From Reclinomonas americana ATCC 50394 (lineage: Eukaryota): a stretch of DNA of 56,144 nucleotides. Position numbers and translations under genes: made by a program. Below the pieces are notes generated by a model. The model ran no database searches. It was not told the DNA's origin and was given only the letters and a program-made list of their open reading frames with translations. Location: positions 38,413 through 94,556 of the forward strand of contig PS015052.1 in NCBI GenBank assembly GCA_048213135.1. Reading direction: 5' to 3'. This document shows positions 47,401-56,144 of the stretch, in pieces; position 1 is the stretch's first letter; every line of letters begins with the position of its first letter.

Positions 47401-50400
47401 NNNNNNNNNNNNNNNNNNNNNNNNNNNNNNNNNNNNNNNNNNNNNNNNNNNNNNNNNNNNNNNNNNNNNNNNNNNNNNNNNNNNNNNNNNNNNNNNNNNN
47501 NNNNNNNNNGGGGGAAGGGGGGAAGGGGGAGAGGGACAACGGCGTGAGATGAGCGCCAAAGAGGACGGGATAGGGATCGAGAGAGAGAGAGAGCGAGATA
47601 GGAACACGGCATTGTGTACCACAAAGCTGTGTGACAGAAGGAGCAGAAAGAGCGGAAATGAGCTTTCTCTCTCTCTCTCCCCCGCACACGCACACATGGA
47701 AGCACACAGAGAGCGGCAAACATATATACACACATATACAGGAGGGGCAGAGAGCGTGTGTCAAAACGCGCGTGAAAGAAGGAACGAAGAGAGGGGAAGA
47801 GTTATTTTCTCTTTCCTGCACATGCACACAAGGAAAAACAGAGAGGGAGAGGTAGAGCGAGACAGAGCGAGAAAGAGAGATCGACACACATACAGAAGGA
47901 AGAGAGTGCGTGTGTCACATGAGTGAAAGAGAGCAGAAAAAGCGAGAATGAGCTCTCTCTATCCCCTGCAGACACTGAGGCACAGATCGAGAGAGAGAGA
48001 GGGAGGGAGGGAGAGGGAGAGCAAGAAAGCGACACAGAAGTAGACACAATGCGCAAACACGGACACAGAGAGAGAATGGCAGTGGGTGTCACAAACATGC
48101 GTGAAACTAGGAACAGACAGTAAAAAGAGTAGTTCTCTGTCTCTTTCCCCACACGCACCCACGGAGGAACAGAGAGAGCGAGAGAGAGAGAGAGAGCGAG
48201 AGCGCGACAGAGTCGTAGACACACAGTGTACACACACAGAAAGAGGGAAGGACAGCGTGTGCTACACAAATGCGTGAAAGAAGGAATGGAAAGAGAGATC
48301 GAGTTGTTCTTTTCCAATCTCACTCTCCTGTACACGACACAGACAAGTGGAGAGAGCGGCCTGGAGGGCAGCAAGCACAAGCGTAGACAAGAGACTGGGA
48401 GAAACCAGGTTATAAAGGTCTCGTTGTGGTTCATAGACCGCGACTCACCTGGCTGCTCGCTCAGGGCCGCCGATTGGTTCAAAGTGTACAGCACCTCGCG
48501 CAGCGCAGCCGGATGCACCCACAACCACAGGGCGCGAGGCAACATGTCCGCACTGACCATCCCCGCATCGTGAGCAAACCACATTTTCACCATCACATTC
48601 AAAAGAAACGCACCGAATGCTGCTGTCGGTGCACGGAGAGGCATGCGCATCCGCCTCGCCATCACGCTGGTGCCACAGGAACTCAGCGGTGCACACAAAG
48701 CCGGCGGGATATGCGCTGCACTTGTACACGTCGAGGTGGCCAGCAAACGAGCCGTCAATGTACCTGCACGGGGGAGAGCAGTTAGCCGAGCACGCAAATA
48801 CGCTTGTCCTATCCCTTCCAACGTGTGTGCGCAACTTGAGATTGGCCACCGCCGATACCCCCGGATCGCTCACTCGCTCCACCGCGCGAATCAGTGCGCC
48901 CTGCGGACCATGCAGCTCCACCACCTCCACGAACGACGCGTCGTGCAGTGTGCAGCCGGTCGCCGCCTGCCGGTGCGACGAGCGCACGCATTTCTCGTTG
49001 GGGTGCACCGCCAGCTTGTAGCCGTACAGCGGACGCATGTGCATGCGCTTGGCATGCCACAGGTGCGTCTCCAGCCACTTGAATGAGCGCTGACGGCGGG
49101 CAAACTCATCGCTCAGTCGGCCGGGGCGTCGTCGCTTGACGCGCTTTTGCGAGGTGGGTAGTCTGGGGAGGAGGGGGAGGGAAAAGGGGGGGGGGCGGGA
49201 GAAAGGGGGATTGGGGAGAAGGGGAAGGGTGAGGAGAAAGGGGGAAGGAGGAAGCTTCTCTTCTTATTCCCTCCTCTCGCTCTCGCAGGCGACAAGATTC
49301 GGCACACCCTGCATGAAAGAGAAGTGGGGAAGGACACTTTCTCTCTTCTCTCTCTCTCTCTCTGACACTCTCACGCACAAGCGATACAGAACACGCCTTG
49401 ACATGCATTACCTCCCACACACAAGTGAGAACCAGCGACCCCCGCATCGCAACAAACGGAAAAAAGGCCTTTGCATGCATCTAGTCTCCCCAGTCCCCCA
49501 CACAAGCGAATCACGGCACCAACATGCATCCTCCCTCCCTCTTCCCCTAACACAGCACGACTATAGACACGCCCTTGCTTGCATCCATCCCCCTTGCGAA
49601 CCCCGCACTGCAACAAACGACACAAGCTTGACTTGACATGCATCCACTCTCCCCCTCCCCCTACACACAAGCAAGAACCAGCACGACAACAGACACGCCA
49701 ATGTATGCATCCCTCCCCCTTGCCCCCACACACATGCGAACCCCGCACTGCAACAAACGACACAAATTTGACTTGACATGCATCCACTCTCCCCCTCCCC
49801 CTACACACAAGCAAGAACCAGCACGACAACAGACACGCCTTTGCTTGCATCCCTCCCCCTTGCCCCCACACACACGCAAACCCCGCACTGCAACAAACGA
49901 CACAAACTTGACTTGACATGCATCCAATCTCCACCTCCCCCTTCCCCTAACACAGCACGACAACAGACACGCCTTTGCTTGCATCCATCCCCCTTGCGAA
50001 CCCCGCACTGCAACAAACGACACAAACTTGACTTGACATGCATCCACTCTCCACCTNNNNNNNNNNNNNNNNNNNNCCCCCTTCCCCAAACACAGCACGA
50101 CAACAGACACGCCAAAGCACGAACAGCACGACAACAGACACACCTTTCCATGCATTCCCTTCCCCTTTACCCCCCTTACAGTCCCCTCACCTATCCTCCC
50201 CCTCGCCCTCCTCCTCCGACTTGACCACCACCTGCTCCATGCGTTGCATCTCTCGCTTCCCGCGCGCCCTGCGATTGCGCGGCAACAGATGCATGTTGTG
50301 ACTCATGGCGCGTCGGCGCTTGTGCTTGGGCAGTGTCTGGAAGACGCGACGGGTGCCCGAACGCTCGCCCGCGTGCAAGTCGGCAGTGAGCTTGGCCACT

Positions 50401-50831
50401 TCGGTTTCGCGAGCCTGAGAGGAGCACGAGAGAGAGAGANNNNNNNNNNNNNNNNNNNNNNNNNNNNNNNNNNNNNNNNNNNNNNNNNNNNNNNNNNNNN
50501 NNNNNNNNNNNNNNNNNNNNNNNNNNNNNNNNNNNNNNNNNNNNNNNNNNNNNNNNNNNNNNNNNNNNNNNNNNNNNNNNNNNNNNNNNNNNNNNNNNNN
50601 NNNNNNNNNNNNNNNNNNNNNNNNNNNNNNNNNNNNNNNNNNNNNNNNNNNNNNNNNNNNNNNNNNNNNNNNNNNNNNNNNNNNNNNNNNNNNNNNNNNN
50701 NNNAAAGGGGCGAGTGAGCGAGATGCTGCAAACACACTCTCAGTGTCTCTCTCGCATACACACACACGCACGCACGCACACACAGAGGGGAGAAGAGCAG
50801 GCACAGCAGTGGCCGCAAGGAGAGCACGCAG

Positions 50832-50867
<36 letters not shown>

Positions 50868-51023
50868 CTATCTCTCTCTCTCGCACCTTCAAAAACTCGA
50901 GTGCATTCAGCACACGCAAGTTGCCTGCACGCACGCATTCATTGAGTCGGAGAGTCAACGACCACCTCCTCTCTTCTTTGTTTTCTTGCTGCGTGTGTTA
51001 CCTGCGGAAGAGGCGGAAGCCAT
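42796..51023 (-). CDS. POP1: RNase P/MRP protein subunit POP1 (multi-exon)
   Basis: Exons from ATG 51023: 51023-51002, 50924-50887, 50414-50191, 49162-48836, 48763.. and onward. They give LNALEFLKARETEVAKL, FQTLPKHKRRRAMSHN, WLETHLWHAKR, LHDAS, LWVHP, POPLD-type GCGWSLIVPANW / PFWKSLV..IGLRE..FPVDVPD / KPPAKRVNY, then LVGFVTS and the C-terminal LVRNITSLQYRPANVQLV*. Confidence 0.93.
49370..50150. repeat. Composite tandem repeat (periods 140, 140 and 120 bp) inside a POP1 intron
   Basis: Core CCCCGCACTGCAACAAACGACACAA..TTGACTTGACATGCATCCA at 49601, 49741, 49881 and 50001, with a degenerate copy near 49441. Confidence 0.9.
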
Positions 51024-51167
51024 CGCGTTGATGACAAATAAAGAGGTAAGTCCTGCGACGTTTTTTTCATGCAAAGATTGGTTTGCTTGAGAAACGCTGC
51101 TGACTCGCCTCTCTCCCCCCTTTTTCTCACCATGCCCACCACACTTCTCCTCCAGGCCCTTCACACG

Positions 51168-51364
51168 TCACGACTTGGTCACGTTTTCATCTTGCTGTTC
51201 GGATCAACGAATCTTCATTCTCTTGACTCTCTTCGTTTCTTGCATCACGCAGTGCGCGCGCGTGTGCGAAACAACAACCAAGACACACACAAATGGCCTC
51301 TCGACCTCCTCCTCCTCCACCACGCCCTCACTCAACAACAACAACAACAACTCCTTCACTGCCA
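51168..51364 (+). promoter_or_regulatory. Conserved upstream/5'UTR block of the module gene (also ~33330-33526); lies in the ~340-bp divergent interval with POP1
   Basis: CACGACTTG..TTTTCATCTTGCTGTTCGGATCAACGAATCTTCATT..GCATCACGCAGTGCGCGCG..GCGAAACAACAAC precedes the ATG of copies 2 and 3. A regulatory role is inferred from position only. Confidence 0.5.
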
Positions 51365-54300
51365 ATGTCTGCCTCTTCTCCGTGCGACGACGAGAAAGCA
51401 GACATGATGCTCATCGACAGCAAGCAGCATGTGACGACGATGATGATGCACTCCTCCTCTCCCTTCATCAACAGCAACAATGATGATGATGATGATGAGA
51501 AGAAGAAGAAGAAGAGTGCATTGGGGTCGTCTGCTCATCGTGGNNNNNNNNNNNNNNNNNNNNCTGATTGTGTGTCGTCCCAAGATTAGCATGTATCTCA
51601 CTGAATTCTCTCTCTCTATCTCTCTTTCCATGATTGCACAGCAACGCGCGAGGAGGCCGCGAGTCGACTCGTCTCTGGTGGATCACAGCGAGGACTTGCT
51701 TGCACGTGGCTCAGATGAGACATCGGTCCGCAAGCGTTCTCTGGAGGTGAGCTCTGATGCGACATGCGTCTCACTTTGCCTCTCGCTCGTGCATCACAGT
51801 CGACACCTGATGGTTCTTCATTCTCAGCAGGTGGATGCATCCGGAGATGACGAGATTGCACCGCCAAAGAAGAAAAAGAAGGTTTGGATTCTCTGCTACT
51901 GACATTGTTGTGATCGTTCGTCGATCTGCAGTTGGGTTCCATGTGTCAATGCTGCATGTTGTGGATTCACAGCGTGGCAAGACTCGCGCTGCAAAAGAGC
52001 CAGAGTTGAGCGCAGACGAGAAGCTGCTGCTGAACAAGCTGCTTGTTGCGTGTGCTTGTCACTCTGTCATCAATTTAACCCATGGCCACCTTGATCCTCC
52101 TTTTCCTAAACGCACTCACCATTCTTCATGTGTCACTCGCAGCGGTGCAATCGGAAGTGGATTCTGGTGAAGGCGTTTGGCCTGATGGCGTCCATTGTTC
52201 AGGAATCCACCGTCGTCCACCATCAGTGTGTTCTCTTCGAGATTGCCTGTGGCGATTGCGGGGTTCCGATTTCGGAGCCGGGTCGCACGTCGTCTGCAGT
52301 CAAGAGTGCATTTGGCAAGAGACTTGGCTGGACTGCAAGTGATTCGCGCAGCAAAACGCCCAAATCAGTGGAGGGTGTGCTCCAGAGCGTGAGCAACTAC
52401 ATCGAGGTGAGCAAGCATGTGCGGCTGTGACGACCGTGACATGTGAACCAACATGCAGATGATTGCAATGTACAGGTGAGCCAGCTCAGTGGCGCAGCTC
52501 TAGTGGATGCTGTTGAGAGACCACTGATTGTGGTGGATGAGCGCGGATATTCGGAGGCGAGTGTGGGTTTTTTTATTGCCTTCTGTTTCTTTTGCCATCA
52601 TGCGACTGATCTTCGTTCACTCGGCTGTATGTGCCAGGGATCGTGGAAGAAATTGCCAACAGAATTTAAAAACAAGAAAGATCATCATCAGCCATTTGTC
52701 AAACAGGCCATATATGTGATGCGCAAGTGTGTTGGTCTCATGGCTGCTCTGCTTCGAGATGGCTGTCTGTCGGATGCGGAGATTGCACGTGCCGTCGCGT
52801 GGTGCCATGCAAAAGGTCTGCAATCTCATACCGCTGTTGGTGTTGCTTGCACTGGTGTTGACCAGCGCCACGCAGAATATGGCGATGTGAAGATGGTGGT
52901 GAAGAAGGAGGAGGAAAATGACGGAGAGGGTGATGTCGTCAAGTTCGAAGACGATGACATCAAGGTACGGGGAACAAAAGCTGCGGGCGAGCAAGTGTTC
53001 GTGGACTTTGTCGACCATCGATATCTTGTGCGTTCACACAGGCGGATGCGGGGAGTGACAATGACGGAGAAACAAAGTCGAGCACGGTACGGCGATGCCA
53101 GTTTATGTTTATGGTTGGTGAGGCATGTGTTGAATGTGGATGTTGTATGGGATGTGCATTTGCAGCGCGTCAAGAGTGGTCGCCATGTATTCGATGCGGA
53201 TTTGAGCAAGGACGAGCGAGTGCTGCTGGACAGACTGCATGTTGCGTTTGCATGTCCACAACACCTTAGCAAGGCAGATTGCACTCTTCCATGCGCTGTG
53301 CCATAACACCTGATGCTTGGAACAGCGGTGCAACAAGAGGAAGATACTGGTGACGGCATTCGGCATCATGGCGCCTATAATTAAGCCATTTGCAGTCTGG
53401 CATCATCATCGTGTTCTGTTTGAACTCGCCTGCACGGAGTGTGGCATCCCTTCGTCAGGAACTGGTTCTCCGTCGTCCGCAGTAATGGAAGCATTCGGCA
53501 AGAGCCTTGGCTATTTCGTCCAAGTCTCACGCTCCAACACACCCAAGTCTGTTGAAGGTTTGCTCCAGAGCATGGGCAACTTCATCGAGGTGAGCATCTG
53601 TCTGTTCTGTCTATCTCTCACATAATCGGAAAGTGAGCCAATATCGATGCATGTGCAACTCTGCAGAAGAGTGAACTGCGCGGTGCTGCTCTGGTGGATG
53701 CCATTGAGAGACCACTGATTGTGGTGGATGAACGTGGTCATTCAGAGGTGTACCGACTTTCCTTTGTGCTATTTGTATTTCTTGGTTTGTGTAGACTCAC
53801 TTGCGTTGTGCAGGAGTCATGGAAGATGATGGAGAAAAAGCAGAAGAACAACGACCGTCTCCTGCCGCTTGTCATCCAAGCCGCGCACACCCTACGGGAG
53901 TGTCCTGGCTTGCAGATGTCGCTAATTCGAGACGGCTGTCTCTCCGAGGAGGAGATCGAACGGGCCGTCGAGTGGTGCAGCGAAAGAGGTTTGATGCATC
54001 GAGTGCGTTCTTCTGTGTGCATTGTGCCGTGGCTAACACGCGAGTTGCAGCTCTGACGAAAGCGACGGAGCTGAAGAAAGAAGAGATGAAGGGGGAAGAG
54101 GCTGATTCGAGGGTCGACAGGGAGGAAGATGACGACGACGAGATGGGCGAAGGTGAAGGTGACAGGAGCAAGGTATGACATTCAATGGTGAAGTGGGTGC
54201 ACACGGNNNNNNNNNNNNNNNNNNNNNNNNNNNNNNNNNNNNNNNNNNNNNNNNNNNNNNNNNNNNNNNNNNNNNNNNNNNNNNNNNNNNNNNNNNNNNN

Positions 54301-56144
54301 NNNNNNNNNNNNNNNNNNNNNNNNNNNNNNNNNNNNNNNNNNNNNNNNNNNNNNNNTGACAGCGTCTCATGATGCGCATTCACAGCAACGACGAGGGAGC
54401 GGTCCTGCAACAATGAGCAGGGACGAACAACTGATGCTGGCAAGGCTACATGTTGAGTGTGCTTGCAGTCATGTCCTTCCTCGGTAGTCGTCTGGCTGAT
54501 TGAGCTCTCATCCTGCCACCCATGTGTTCCATGCGAGAGCAGTGCTGCAACAGGAAGAAGATACTGGTGACTACATTTGGAATCATGGCGCCGTGTGTGA
54601 TGGAATCCACAGTACGCCATCATCAGCGCGTTCTTGTTGAACTCGCCTGCAAGGAGTGTGGCATCCCTTCATCGAAAGCAGGATGGCTTTCGTCGGCAGT
54701 TGTGAGCTCATTCGGTAAGAGCCTTGGCATGTACGTTAGAAAAGCACACAAGATGACGCCCAAGTCAGTTGATGGAGTGCTCCAGACCATCAGTGACTTT
54801 GTCGAGGTGAGTGTTGCCCGTCTCACCCGTCACATCAACGATCAGCGCTAACATATGTGACATTTTGCAGAAGAGTGAACTGCGTGGCGCTGCTCTAGCG
54901 GATGCCATTGAGAGGCCGCTGTTTGTGGTGGACGAACGCGGCTATTCGAAGGTGCGGTTGCCCTGTGTTCAGCGTGAAGATAGCGATTCTCACATTCTGT
55001 TTCCGGAATTCGGATGTCAGGAGTTGTCACTCTTGCCGTGGAAGAAGCGCAGCAAGCAGAATGCTCTTTTGCCGTTGTTCACACAGGCCGTCGATGCCGT
55101 GCGCAACTGCCCAGGTCTGCTGGCCACTCTGCTTCGAGACGGCTGTTTGTCTGAGGCGGAGATTGCACGTGTTACCGAGTGGTGCAGTGAACGAGGTTTG
55201 GCTGCGTGACCTTCGTAATTGCTGCACTGTTTGTGCATGTGTTGACAATCTGGCACAGCCCTGAGGGAGATGGAGATGGTGAAGAAGGAGGAGAAGAGGG
55301 AAGAAGATCAGGAGGATGCTAACGACAGCGAGAGTGAAGATGTCGACGCGAGAGGGAATGGCAGGAGCAAGGTACGCCCGCCCGCCACTCCTTTCTGAAA
55401 GATACAAAAGGTGTGTACCTTAACAATTCATGGTGTGCATGTCACAGAGCCACAACAAAGATCCTGCGAAGCTGAGCATTAACGAGCAACTGATGCTGGC
55501 GAAACTGCTTGTTGCGTGTTGCTGTTGTATTGGCATGTCAAATTCTGTCATGAACTCCTCACTTGCATGTGCCAACACACTTACGAACAGGGATGCAACA
55601 GGAAGAGGATATCGGTGAAGGCATTCGGCCTCATGGCACCCTTGGTGATGGGATCCGCAGTCCTCCACCACCAGCGCCTTCTCTTTCAGCTTGCCTGTGA
55701 CGAATGCGGAATGCCGTCGGAGGGACCTGGCTGTCCGTCATCCGCAGCCATGTCTGCACTCGGCAAGAGTCTTGCCAATAGTGCCTACATGGCACGCTGC
55801 AAGACGCCCAAGTCAGTGGAGGGCGTGCTGGCGAGCGTGAGCAACTTCATCGAAGTAAGTGTCTCTCTCTGTGTTGACTTTGTATTTCATTCGTGCCTGG
55901 TTGCTGATCCGACGTTCATGTGCATGTAATTATCAGAAATGCGGTCTTCGAGGAGTCGAGCTGGTAGATGCTGTCGAGCGACCACTGATTGTGATTGACG
56001 AACGTGGCTGCTCGGAGGCTTGTGGACATAATTGTGTGCATCGATGTGCGTCAATAATATTGTCTCACTTTCTCGATTCTCGGGTCGTAGGAATCAGCCA
56101 AGCTGACGCAGATAAGCAGCAAGCAACATGTTCTTCTGCCGTTC
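51365..56144 (+). CDS. Five-module repeat protein, copy 3 (runs off the window end within module 4)
   Basis: ATG at 51365 (MSASSPCDDEKADMML..), a PPKKKKK exon, and modules starting at ~51973, ~53167, ~54387 and ~55448, with the same introns as copies 1 and 2. Confidence 0.82.

Overview
Gapped scaffold from an intron-rich, microsatellite-rich eukaryote, probably a protist. It is not prokaryotic. Reading splice sites directly supports these genes: a coiled-coil/low-complexity protein (+), a BdhA-like short-chain dehydrogenase (-, partial), ARS2/SERRATE (+), an ARF GTPase (-), an ankyrin-linker-coiled-coil-IRAK/Pelle-type kinase (-), a permuted papain-like (PPPDE/LRAT-type) peptidase (+) and POP1 (-). 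Two things stand out. (1) Three dispersed copies of a gene I cannot assign to any family sit between these genes. The gene is built from five tandem five-exon modules, each a ~190-aa Cys/His-containing domain plus an acidic linker, behind an NLS-bearing N-terminus. The copies are sequence mosaics of one another. (2) The ankyrin-kinase linker is encoded by 13 consecutive frame-preserving phase-1 micro-exons (18-33 nt) plus one 14-nt phase-shifting exon. Also seen: recurrent GC-AG and GTTGCG-type splice donors, a Helitron-like 3' end, diverged direct repeats around copy 2, and two contigs that appear flipped by scaffolding. All gene models are manual and lack transcript support.
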